Assembly (NCBI GenBank): GCA_032718475.1
Contig: JAUCBJ010005549.1
Span: forward strand, 14,245-78,244
Source of the DNA: Nemertoderma westbladi
Lineage: Eukaryota > Animalia > Xenacoelomorpha
Direction of reading: 5' to 3'
DNA: 64,000 bases
Positions 13,778 to 25,345 of the stretch are shown one piece after another. Position numbers and translations under genes: made by a program. Position 1 is the first letter of the stretch; each line of letters begins with the position of its first letter. The notes under the pieces were generated by a model. It had not been told where the DNA came from and searched no databases. It saw only the letters and a program-made list of their open reading frames with translations.

Positions 13778-14901
13778 TAGTAACCGGGTGCAGCGGGGAG
13801 TCCGGATACTCAAATTAGTAACCGGGTAGAGCGGGGAGTCCGGGTAATCAAATTAGTAACCGGCTGCAGCGGGGAAAACGAATAATCAAATTAGTAACCG
13901 GCTGCAGCGGGGAGACCGAATCATCAAATTAGTAACCGGCTGCAGCGGGGAGTCCGGATAATCAAATTAGTAACCGGCTGCAGCGGGGAGTCCGGATAAT
14001 CAATTTAGTAACCGGCTGCAGCAGGGAGACCGAATAATCAAATTAGTAACCGGCTGCAGCGGGGAGACCGAATAATCAAATTAATAACCGGCTGCAGCGG
14101 GGAGTCTGGGTAATCAAATTAGTAACCGGGTGAAGCGGGGAGTCCGGATAATCAAATTAGTAACCGGGTGAAGCGGGGAGTCCGGATAATCAAATTAGTA
14201 ACCGGGTGCAGCGGGGAGTCCGGATAATTAAATTAGTAACCGGTTATAGCGGGGAGTCCGGATAATCAAATTAGTAACCGGGTGTAGCGGGGAGTCCGGA
14301 TAATCAAATTAGTAACCGGCTGCAGCGGGGAGACCGAATAATCAAATTAGTAAGCGGGTGCAGCGGGGAGTCCGGATAATCAAATTAGTAACCGGGTGCA
14401 GCGGGGAGTCCGGATAATCAAATTAGTATCCGGGTAGAGCGGGGAGTCCGGGTAATCAAATTAGTAACCGGGTAGAGCGGGGAGTCCGGGTAATGAAAGT
14501 TCAATTTTTCACATTGAGATTCCAATAAAATGAATTTGTTTAAAAATAATACAATTCTAACCAAGCTTGTTGATCAAAAGCCAAATCAAAATAAATCAAA
14601 CAAATCAATCAAAAACAATTTCGAAAATTGTTTAAGAAATGATTGCCATGATTACATGAAAAAAGCCAATAATTAGAGACAAATTCCTTCAAAATTTAAA
14701 TTTTCCCGTGCAACTTCTCACACATTCCATAGAGGATAAATCATCCGTTCCAACATAAACACAACAACCCTATGATGGGTCCTTTTTCTTGTTATCCATT
14801 TTGTTACATCCAGCCAGTAGTGGTTCTGGGATTTCTAATTTTTTTGAATAATGTTAGACATCATTATTTACTAACATAATTTTTCTCTTCCACTACTGTA
14901 G

Positions 14902-15257
14902 CGTTATCTAGACTCCATGTAAACGAAAGGCTGAATGCCGGTGAATTCAGAAGATCTGCTGTGGGATACACTCTCCACCAACAACCCGATGGTAACCTTG
15001 TACTGTATTGCCCTGGAATGAAACCGCTATGGAATTCAGGAACGGTAGGGAATGCGGGTGCTTATACAGCTTTACAGTCTGATTGTAATCTGGTCATCTA
15101 CAGTAGTGATGGAAATGTGTTATGGAGTAATCAACGATCTCAATCACCTTGTAACACTCCTTGGTTGAATGTTCAGGATGATGGCAACCTCGTTGAATAT
15201 AAAGATGATGGTCTAACACTTGTATGGGCGACCATGACCAGTGGTGGAATATGTTAA
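14902..15257 (+). CDS. Terminal exon, bulb-type (GNA-like, mannose-binding) lectin domain
   Basis: Acceptor ttttctcttccactactgtag|, phase 1, in frame with ORF 14961-15257. Three QxDxNxVxY motifs (QPDGNLVLY, QSDCNLVIY, QDDGNLVEY), then a stop. Confidence 0.92.
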
Positions 15258-15704
15258 CGAAATTAACCGAGATAATGAAATGTGTGTCAATAATCTTTTA
15301 CTGTATCTGCTTTAAGCTACCGGTAATTAATTAATTATTTTGCATTTCTAAAGACATCAGTGTGCCAAGAAGCAAGTCTTCATATATTATAAATTATTTT
15401 ATTAACAACAACAAAAACGATTGGTACCATTAGCGTCGCCTTTTGATTCTCTACAGAAATGTTACCTACTGAGTTTCCCTATCTAAATAGTAAGCTCATA
15501 CAAAGGCTATAAAAAATGTGTCCACCATGCAGTAATGAGTCTACCATTACATCGCAGTGCATTAGTGTAGTAGACAATCCACTACAGTAACGCCATTTAA
15601 TCAAAATTACTGCAGTGGACAGTCTAGTTGTTTATGCCAGGTTACGCTGTGAAAAATACTCACAGACTGTATTAAAGTGTATATAATATGTGTAAATTAG
15701 ATTG

Positions 15705-15940
15705 AAGAATGGGGTAGTGGGAGTGGAGAAAGGGGTAGTGGGATTGAAGAATGGGGTAGTGGGAGTGGAGAAATGGGTAATGGGAGTAGAGAAATGGGTA
15801 ATGGGAGTTGATTAAAGGGGTAGTGGGAGTGGAGAAATGGGTAGTTAGATTGAAGAATGGGGTAGTGGGAGTGGAGAATGGGGTAGTGGGAGTGGAGAAT
15901 GGGGTAGTGGGAGTGGTGAATGGGGTAGTGGGAGTGAAGA
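15705..15940. repeat. 21-bp G-rich tandem repeat
   Basis: gaatggggtagtgggagtgga at 15855, 15876 and 15897, with degenerate flanking copies. Confidence 0.9.
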
Positions 15941-16265
15941 TATTGAAATATTCCGAAATATTGTTCGTTAATCGCCATTATGTAAACAAACCCCATGCAT
16001 TTGCTTTGTATATTTGATAATGCTTTGTACGCGAAATTAATATTATATTTTATACATGTTGGAACCAATTAGATCTGGTTTTTATTCTTCGGGTTTTTAC
16101 AGTTTGTGATTTTGTAAATGTATTTTGTACAGTGTATTGCTTTAAAATTAACGGTTTCACTGCTAATTGTACCGTGAATTTGACTGATTTTTTGATTATT
16201 TTTATTAGGTAATCTGTCTACTAACGGTACGTCCTTACTGCATTGCCAGTAGACCGGCTTGCCGA

Positions 16266-16482
16266 TTCCAAATCCTTACTCTACTAGGAACACCTCTTGC
16301 ATTAACACATGGAATTGGTTAATGAACTATTATTTGATTGGACGTTGAAATCATGTAAGGAATGGGTAGGGGGGTCGAACTATTGTAAGGGTTTTATATA
16401 GATTTATACTCAGTTGGCAGGTATAAAATGTTCCAAACGTTGTACGGAATGGACAAATTGGGTGAAATCGTGTAAGGGTTAT
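16266..16482 (+). repeat. Dispersed ~210-bp repeat; inverted diverged copy at 29672-29876
   Basis: ttggttaatgaactattatttgattggacgttgaaatcatgtaaggaatgg is the reverse complement of 29788-29838. Confidence 0.75.
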
Positions 16483-16929
16483 TATACCAACAGTATTACA
16501 AGAGTACACTTAGACTAACATACGTGATATTATTATAGGCAGTAGAACACGTTCTACTGCCCATTGCCTACTCTTGTGCTAACCGCCTCAACTTAATTTG
16601 GCGATTATTAAAGCACAATTTAGGTATTAATTCAGTACATTTATAGAGAAATATAAATGAAATTAGCACAAATACATATTAAATTTAAATGATATCAAGA
16701 AACGGCAAATTCATGTTCGTGTTTTATAGAAGTTTGCCACCGTAAATTAATATGCTAAGGTTTTATTATAAAAATTACGTAAGTAGGGCTACATACTGGA
16801 TAAAATCGGTTGAATATAAGTAAACTTGTGTATTTAATTTACCCTATCTAATTACGATTGTACATTAATTATTGTAATAATTATTGTATACTGTATGATG
16901 GGTTGTTTTAGTACACAACGCCATATATC

Positions 16930-17215
16930 GTAACAAGCCCCATGGAGAAAATAAGCATAATGAACAGCCAATGAATTTCGAGAGACACCTCCTAAAGGAA
17001 ACTGCCCTTGAAGGTGCCGATAATCTCGCGGAAGTCACGGGGGATTGGGAGTTGTGGCGGTGCAACTTTGTTGATAAGCCGGCATATCATTCTTAACGCA
17101 CGCTGCATTGGGCTTGCCAATTGTGGATTGCATGGTGGTGACAAAATGTTTTTGTTAAGCTGGCATAGCATCATAATGTGCAGTTTCAATGCAGCAGGCC
17201 GATTATAGTAGTAGT
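16930..17215 (+). mobile_element. Older diverged RTE 3' fragment
   Basis: Similar to 6435-6686 (catggagaaaataagcat...gggagttgtggcggtgcaactttgttgataagccggca...gccgattatagtagtag). Confidence 0.7.
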
Positions 17216-18441
17216 TGCTTAGGAATAGTCGGTCTGCTATTCGTGTGCATCGAACTGTACTATCGCGAGGACGAGTAGCTCTTACATTAAACGGATGCGT
17301 GCTGTGTTGCTGGCCAACCTCATGTGGTACTGATAAGATTTAATGCGCTAAAAAACGCTCAAGAAACCGGTCGATAAATGTAAATGCAAATCGAACAAAA
17401 AATGCTAAAGGATATTGCAAAAATTATGAGTTTATTTCATTGGAGCTTTTTATGTTTACATATTGTGAAATGCTTTTACAATTTAAAGTGAATGAATTTC
17501 AATATTTATGTAAGCGGATTCAATTCCCTACACCATCCACCGAAAATGGGACCAGTGGCATTTTACCAATATAGTTGGCGATGCGAGATTACCAATAAAT
17601 AATCTCGCCTCATAACCAACTCGGGGGGGGGGGGCGACACACGCCCTAAGCCACAGAGAGAGGTGAGAGGTCAAACCACCTCAGAGGGACAACCCAGCTA
17701 GCGAGGCGAGCATCAGGGAGTAACACCTACAGGGAGTGGCGAAGTGACAATTAGTATATAAGCCAATAGCGGGCAGGGAAGCACGTGGGGAAGGATAGGA
17801 GGGCATCCATTGGGTACCAAAGGCCACAGTAGCATAGAGGTGAAACCAACATGTATCAACCATATAGTTACTCTGATTACTGATTTACCGGTCAGTTCAA
17901 TATCACACAGTTGCGGACCGGCATAGTTTTGACCGTCATTTCATATGTGCTGCTGTCGTCATTTATGCTATACTGATTATTGTTACTATACCTGTATACA
18001 TCTGACTGTGCTATTATTTCTGAGATTATTAATACTGAGAAACAAACTCTGTTATTTTCCCCAACGGCCTTCGGCTAAAGATATTAGCTCAGCAGCCCAG
18101 CAGCCAAGTGACGCGTACAATCTTACCCGGTCGGGATCTCAGACTCGATCCCGTCACAGTCAAAACTTCCAACAACAGCTGTGACCACAACCTGAGGAGG
18201 AAAGAGGCCCAAAGATGAGCGAACAGACAACCCGAGAATCGGAGGGAGAAAGAACGCTGCCGTAGACCCCGGATGACACCAACCAAACGATCCGAGAGGC
18301 CGCAACGAGAGGATACTGGCCCGCCACCCCAGACTCGCCAGCGAGGGACAATCCGGATACCCATGCGGAGGGCGGCTGACAACAAGGAGGGAAAGTCAAC
18401 GAGGAGTCGACGCGAGGTGACGATGGCGGTCGGAGTACCGA

Positions 18442-20217
18442 CTACTACTACTAGGATCGGCATTCTGCATTGCAGCTGCATTTTTAAGAATGCTGTGCCG
18501 GCTTGTCAACAAAATTGCACTGCCACAACTCCATATCACCCATGACATTTGCTAGATCATCCGCATCTTTAAGGCCAGTGTCCTTTAAGATGCGTCTCAA
18601 GAAAGTCATGGGCTGTCCACCATGCTTATTCACTCCATGAGGCTGCCAAAGTACAAGATTATGCACTGGCTGGTCCTCACGGCGAAAGCAATGTCCTGCA
18701 AAGCGGAGGCAATTTTGTTCTAGTGTCAAGCTTGGGGGAACCAATGAGACACCTCCAATGTTATATAGTGTCTGGTTGGAGATGTGTGCATTGTACTTGA
18801 CACAATGAACCCGGCGTAGCATTCTTGTGAATGTGCCATCCAGAGATTTGGTGTCCTCAGAAGTTAGAGCCCAGCATGGACTCCCGTAGAGGAGTACTGG
18901 AACTACTGCTGCTCTAAATAATCGGACCTTAAGTTTCCGATTAATTCTCGGTGACTTCCAAATCCTGGAAAGCCTATTCAAGGCTGCCCATGCCTTTCCC
19001 TTACGTATTCGAAGGTCCTCACCTGACTTCCGGATCCATGATCCCAGGTAACAGAAGTCGTCCACATGCTCAAGCATACCATCCTTTGAGCTTATGCTCA
19101 TCCGATCAGAGACTTGCTGAGGACTTTCAAAGTTAACGGTCAGAATTTTGGTCTTTCTGGAGTTAATAAAAAGACCAACACTAGAAGCAGCATGTTCTAA
19201 TGAGCTGAGGAGCCGTTGGGCTCCCTCTAATGATTCTGAGAGTACTCCTAAGTCATCAGCAAAGTCTAGATCAGTTAGGTACTTGGCAGGATTTCCTCGA
19301 CTTCTGGAGCCAGTAGGTGGAGTTATCATCACCCCATCATCATTATGATGATCTAAGGACATGCGTAGAACATAGTCAACCACAATAATGAACAAGAATG
19401 GTGCAAGTGTGTCTCCTTGGAGGACGCCCCATAACACTTCAAATGGTTCTGTGTCACCATCTACAGTAGACACAAATGTTGTCGAACCATCGTATACTGA
19501 TCTGATTGCTGCAATAATTTCATCAGGAATCCCATATAATGAAAGTATGCTGAACATACGTGAGCGAGAGACTGAATCAAAGGCCTTGAAGAAGTCAACA
19601 AAGATAACAGCCAGATGCCTGTCTTTCTTTTTTGATAATTCTTCAATTATCCTTCTAAGTGCCAAAATGGGCTCCATGGTCCCACGACCTTTACGGAACC
19701 CATTCTGATTTCCACGGAGCAGTCTCTCAATGGGATCCCTAATGCGATTTAATAGAATCCTATTGTATAGCTTTGCAGCAATCGAGATCAATGAGATTCC
19801 CCGGAAAGAACCATAGAGTGTTAGGTTGCCCTTCTTGGGAACTGGCACCAACTTATTTGTTTTCATTTCTTGTGGGACTCTTGTTGTTCGGTACATGTCT
19901 ACTATGATGGGATAGATGAGCTTTAAACACTCAGGTATTTTAAAGACCTCAGGGGGAACACAATCTACTCCACTGGCACGATTGGTCTTAATGCTCTTTG
20001 CAGCAGCCTTCACTTCTGCAAAGGAGATATCGCCAATGGGAATATCTGGGAGTACAGACTCAGACACTTTTACTTCTATAAAGTTATCAAGCAATACCCT
20101 GTCGTTATTGAGGAGCTTTTCAAAGTGGGCTTTCCAACCATTGAGGCGATCGGCTGGTGATTCAGCCTTAACCTTGGTGGTTGGTTGGCTTTTCCGCCCA
20201 GTAAGCAGATTGATTGA
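18442..20217 (-). mobile_element. 5'-truncated RTE LINE with intact RT ORF (18484-~20217) inserted in LTR element A
   Basis: RT motifs QNGFRKGR, FVDFFKAFDSV, GVLQGDTLAPFLF, DLDFADD, FCYLGS. (TAG)n tail at 18442. 10-bp TSD ggagtaccga at 18432-18441 and 20218-20227. Confidence 0.95.
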
Positions 20218-21298
20218 GGAGTACCGAAGTAGCCGGCCAACCACAGGCCGAGGGCGACGAACAGCCCACTGGAACGGTGACGGTGGGGCCGACAGGACGA
20301 TGCCGGACGAGGTGGGAAGGTAGAGTCAACGAGGAGGACGTCGGGAAGAGTGATCACCTGCGACGGGCGTACAACGCCATGAAGAAGATACTAAAGGTCG
20401 CCAAAGAAGGGAGAAAGGTAGACCAGCCTAAACTATATCAGAGGCTAGGTGAGTCCAATAAACATTTCTGTTATTTAGTCCGTTTTGGACAAGGGGAACG
20501 GGTAAGTGAGAGGGCGAGGGGGTCGCCACGGAACTGTTTGAATTGTGGCGGTCCGTGGTGATGGAACCAGAGGTGGTGTACATAGGGCCTTACTTAGTAG
20601 ATGCCAGGGGAATTAAATTAGTGGGATGGGCGGACCCGTACGACGGCGAATCCGAGGTTAACCCCGAAGATTCAGTGTCGTCGGTTTGTAGGAACCCCAG
20701 CGAACGGTCGAAAATTACTAGGACAGAGAGGCGATGGGAGTCCGTCGCGACCGTAACTGCTGCATCCTCCGTGAAAGCAAGACGGGTGTTAGAGATAGAT
20801 CTGGCATGTCAATTAGACATTGTTGCGCTAGATCAAAAGGAACAAGAAAGGCAGTTGGATGAGGGAACTGCATTACTAGAGAGGGAGAGAGAATTAGCGA
20901 GAGAGTGCAAAGAGATGGCCGAGAGGGTGGCGAGAAACTATAGGGAGCGGGAGGAGGGAACGTAGCTGCCGATCGAGAATATGGTAGTCGCGGGGAGGAC
21001 TTCTTGGAATACTCGAGAAGATTAAACTTCAGTCCGGAAGGACACAGGCAGACTGCAGGACATACTGTAGGCCTTACTGCACATACTATAGGCCATGCTG
21101 GGAGAGAAGGTGTCGACGATAGGGTAGCGCGGATGGCAGGATTAAACCCGGAAGTCGTGGCGTACATACCGGTCAGTAGGCAAGAAGTGGATAGGCCTAT
21201 ACCGGTACCTGCACACCAGTATGACTATAACATGCAGGGATATAATATATACCCAGGGGAGGGGGGGGGGTATTGCCGATAGGTGCGTGGGCCCTAAC

Positions 21299-24200
21299 TG
21301 TTGTATATGTATTAGGCCATGGTTTTATCTGTCTGTATGTGTAACTTATAGGTATGGAATAATCTATCTATATATATAGCGGTACCTAAGTTGAGAATAT
21401 AATACCAGCCCATTGTCCAAGTATAGTTGATCATGCATCGATCGAAATTGTTGAACATATATTGGTGCTTTGTTTAGATTAACGAAATCAGTAGATTTTG
21501 CTTGTATTAGGGATTGATAATCTTCATCTTGTTCAGCCGCTTTCTGTAATTCTTTAATTAAGGGATCTGTGCAATAATTTTCTTCTGTTAGACTAATTAA
21601 TGCAATATGTGTCGATGAATTTTGGGGAGGTTGGGTGTCTTCGTCATTGCCATTGGAAGGATTATCTACTGGAGCCCGGCTGAGAGCATCGGCAATTGAG
21701 TGATTTTTTCCTTTACACCATGCCACGGAGAATTGATATCATGATTGTAAATCAGATTTAATTCGTTGGAGGCGTGCGTTTTCGATTTGACCAATTGTAT
21801 AATTATTGAATATAGTCAATAGAGGGCGATGATCAGTGACAACTACAAAATGGGATAAGCCTGCCACATATAGGTTACACTTAGTAATTGCGTATTTCAT
21901 GGCTAAAGCCTCTAGTTCAATCGTCGAATATCGCGATTCTGCATCGCTCAAATATCTGCTTCCGCATAACACTAATCGCCATTGAGAACTATGTTTTTGA
22001 AGCAGAACGAACCCCAGACCGTATAGTCTTGAAGCATCTGTCTCTATATGGGTTTCTTTACTCGCATCAAAATGGGCTAAAATTGGGGAACTTGTGAGTA
22101 CTTTCTTCACATCCTGAAATGCGATAGAGTGATTTTCTAGCCAGATGTATTCATTACGTGTTTTCAGCAAGTCACGTAATGGTATTGTTACCTCGGATAT
22201 TTTATCATTGAAGTTCCCCAGCTGATTGACCATTCCCAGAAATGATCTCAGTTCACTAATATTTCGGGGTTCCGGAAAGTCTATGATGGCCTTTACTTTA
22301 TCGGGTACGACCTCTATGCCATCAGTTGATATGATAAAACCTGCGAATTTAACACGATGCAGTGCTAACTTAAACTTACGTTGATTGAGAGTTACACCAA
22401 ACTCTCTGCATCTTTCTAAGAGTTCTTCAACACGACGAATATGGGTATCAAGATCTTTATCGACTATGAGAATGTCGTCTACTATCTTATGGATATTCTC
22501 AATTCCATCGAATGCTAAATCTGCCCTTAGATTAAAACTATCCCCTGTGGCAATGTAGCCCATTGGGGCACGGCAATATCTAAATCGCCCCCAGGGTGTT
22601 ATAAATGTTGTATAATCACAACTATTTTCATCCAGTGCCAGTTGCCAATACCCATGCACCGCATCCACTTTCGTAAACCACAAAGAATTCTATCTCTGAT
22701 ACCACATCAAATGGTGATTTTGCATTATGTACTGGGCGTTTTACTTGGCAATTTAATTTTGTAAAATCTGCCGTTATTCGTATCCCTCCACATGGTTTAG
22801 GTACGCAGACCATGGGATGACACCAGGCCACTGGCCTGTCTCCTATTCGCTCAATAATTAATACCTGCTTCCAGCATATTATCGATGGATTTCTTTGCCT
22901 CTTCACGATAGGAGAATGGTATTGTTCTAGCAGTATGAACTGCAAACGGTTTTGCATTTTCTTGTAATTCAATAGTCATGGGGGGCCCTCCCATGACTCG
23001 CAACTCACCTTTTGATTTAAATACATCAGAAAATTTTGACAATAATTCTGTTTCTGTAATTTTAATGAAATTTTGTTCTGAGACATTATTACAATTCAAT
23101 TCTTGCTGTGATGCTGTAGAAGTTTGTACAGCAGGTACAATGTTAGGTAATTGTACTGGGAAGTTTTCATAAACTAAGCCCAAACCAATACATGCGCTAA
23201 GAGAAATATAAACATCCTTATCTGGAATATTTCTACAAAAAATAAAAGTTTCTTTGTGTTTCTGTGATCCCAACATAATAAATAAGTCAAAGCATCCAAT
23301 CACGTCTAATTTGGATCCATTAACACCTTCAACAGTTTCATTAAATTTATTTAACTTTGATTCATCGATGCCAAGACTAGTTAACATTGAAATACCAGCT
23401 ACAGTGGCCTGAGCACCAGTGTCGGATGTAATACATTGTTCGCCTAGGAATGTATTATTCAATGTATAAACGTTTACTGTAATTATTGGTTTCTTTCTAG
23501 AGCTTACCTGTTTATTACTGGTATCAGTTGGTGCTATTATAACAGCTGAACTTGATTTATTGTAGGATGAATTGCCACCTCCGCCTGTATTCCTAGTGGA
23601 TGTTAGGCAGGCTCGATCAAAGTGTCCCTTCTTCTTGCATTTACGACAAGTTTTTCCTGAGGCTGGGCAAGGTCTCCCATATTGGTGGGGATAATTGCCA
23701 CCGCAGAAATAACAAAGTTTCTTGGCTTGAATGTTTGTGCTTTCCATAGAGTGACTTTGTTTCCGTTCCTTCCATCTGTCCCATTTCCGACCCCTGCTCA
23801 TGCTGCGACCTGAAATTTTTTGTCATGTTCTTTTTCTTGCCCTGATTTATTAATGTTAATTGTTTTTCCACCAGATGCTGATCGGAGTTTTTCATCATCC
23901 TGCTTTGCTGTCTCCATGTTCCGACAGAGAGTTAAGGTCTCGTCTAGGGTTAAAGCTGGCTTTTTACTCAATAACTCTTGGCGTACTTCATCGTCATTTA
24001 TGCCACAGGTTATAAGTGTAGTGAGCCAATCGTCTTGAGTCATTGACGCTAATTCGGCGGTGTCAGCCAATTCGCGCAATTTTAAATAATAATCATCAAA
24101 TAATTCTCGATCCTTTTGGGTTCGCCTTACCAGTTGAAAACGGTCTACTGCTACATTGCATTTTCCCTTTAAGTATAGTCGAATTTGGATGAGAACTTCT

Positions 24201-25345
24201 TTGAGAGTCATCTCAGTGTCCTGTGGGATTCTCATAATTGTTTTAATTCGTTCCAAAAGATCGGGAGAGCAATAAGACCAGAACATTGCTAATTGTTCCT
24301 ATCTGGTGCGTTCGCGAAGTTTAACCACAGTTTCATAATTGGCCCAGGATGGTTCCCAACGTTTAAATGTTTTGTAGTCCACAGTATCCATTAAGGTGTC
24401 TGGGATTTTAGCAGTTGCTTTAACTGTATCTCGAGGATTTCTTACAGGGTTTATTGGATCCCCGTCTCTTGGAGTTCCATCAGTGCCTGAAGAAGAAGGA
24501 AGTCGAAGTGATTGCAGAAGAGACTTCATTTCTTCATCCCGGATTCGACTTTCCTGCTCCTGGTGCCTCCTGTCTTCTTCACGTTGTTGCAGCATGTGTG
24601 CAAACATCCTCTGCATCATAGATAGCGTATCCGAATCCTGTTCTACTGGATGTTGCCGGTAGGCTCCTCTTGAATCTTCCTTAGACATAGCTGTAATGTT
24701 ATCGTGGTGTTTTTGTATTGCCACTTTTAGCATACTACACATTCGCGCTGTTGACTGTTTAGAATCCCACTGCATGGACAAAACATCGAATGCCGCGTGG
24801 ATTTCCTCACGAGATAGCCGTTCTATCTCATCATTGGAGAGTTGGAGAGTCTCATCTAGCGTTCTCTCCATCATCAGTATAAGTTTACCGAACCGTAAGT
24901 GGCTTAGGCCTACTGTTTATGGATGTAGATAAATAGGCCTACTGGCATAGGCTACTAGGCTAGTCTGGCGGATTGGTCGGTAATTATGTATATCAACGTT
25001 CGCAAAGTTGGTACCGGTAGTGGAGAATCTGGTAGGTTCAGCAGTACGTTTTTACCGGTACCAGTATAGTGGTTATGTGAACAGCCCCCCTTATAGCAGG
25101 CGGTAGAGTATATGTAGATGATTTAAAATTAAAAGATCAGTAGAGTTCGAATATCTAAACACTGACTGCGCCATGCTGTGTTGTTGAACCATAGTTCATA
25201 AATAATAAGATAAGTAGTCTGACTGACAGACTGACTGATATATATATTCTCAACTTAGCTACCGGTATATATATAGATAGATTATTCCGTACCTATAAGT
25301 TACACATACAGACAGATAAATCCATGGCCTAATACATATACAACA
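21299..25345 (-). mobile_element. Ty3/Gypsy (Mag-like) element, gag-PR-RT-RNase H, integrase missing, with inverted LTR-derived termini
   Basis: gag 24874-23798, double zinc knuckle [10 protein letters not shown]...[14 protein letters not shown], protease DTGA, RT KVDAVHGYWQ/IVDD, RNase H TDAS/ELEALA/TDHRPL/ADALSR. 5' LTR 25345-25174 followed by PBS TGGCGCAGTC. 5-bp TSD CTAAC at 21294-21298 and 25346-25350. Confidence 0.93.
25161..25173 (-). promoter_or_regulatory. Primer binding site, probably tRNA-Ser
   Basis: Minus strand reads ...cacagCA|TGGCGCAGTCAGT, complementary to a tRNA 3' end GACTGCG-CCA as found in animal tRNA-Ser. Confidence 0.6.

Larger units (their letters stand above)
9950..14493. 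repeat. 38-bp satellite array interrupted by two insertions (array segments ~9950-10387, 11634-12062, 13778-14493)
   Basis: Unit ggataatcaaattagtaaccgggtgcagcggggagtcc with 38-nt period (e.g. taacc at 14161 and 14199). Confidence 0.95.

Noticed and set aside
9950-14493. CRISPR-like array from regular 38-bp repeats
   Set aside because: Units are head-to-tail with no unique spacers, there are no cas genes and the context is eukaryotic. It is a satellite.
15697-16068. His/Pro-rich 123-aa ORF (HSHYPIL repeats)
   Set aside because: Translation of the 21-bp tandem repeat, with no splice or homology support.
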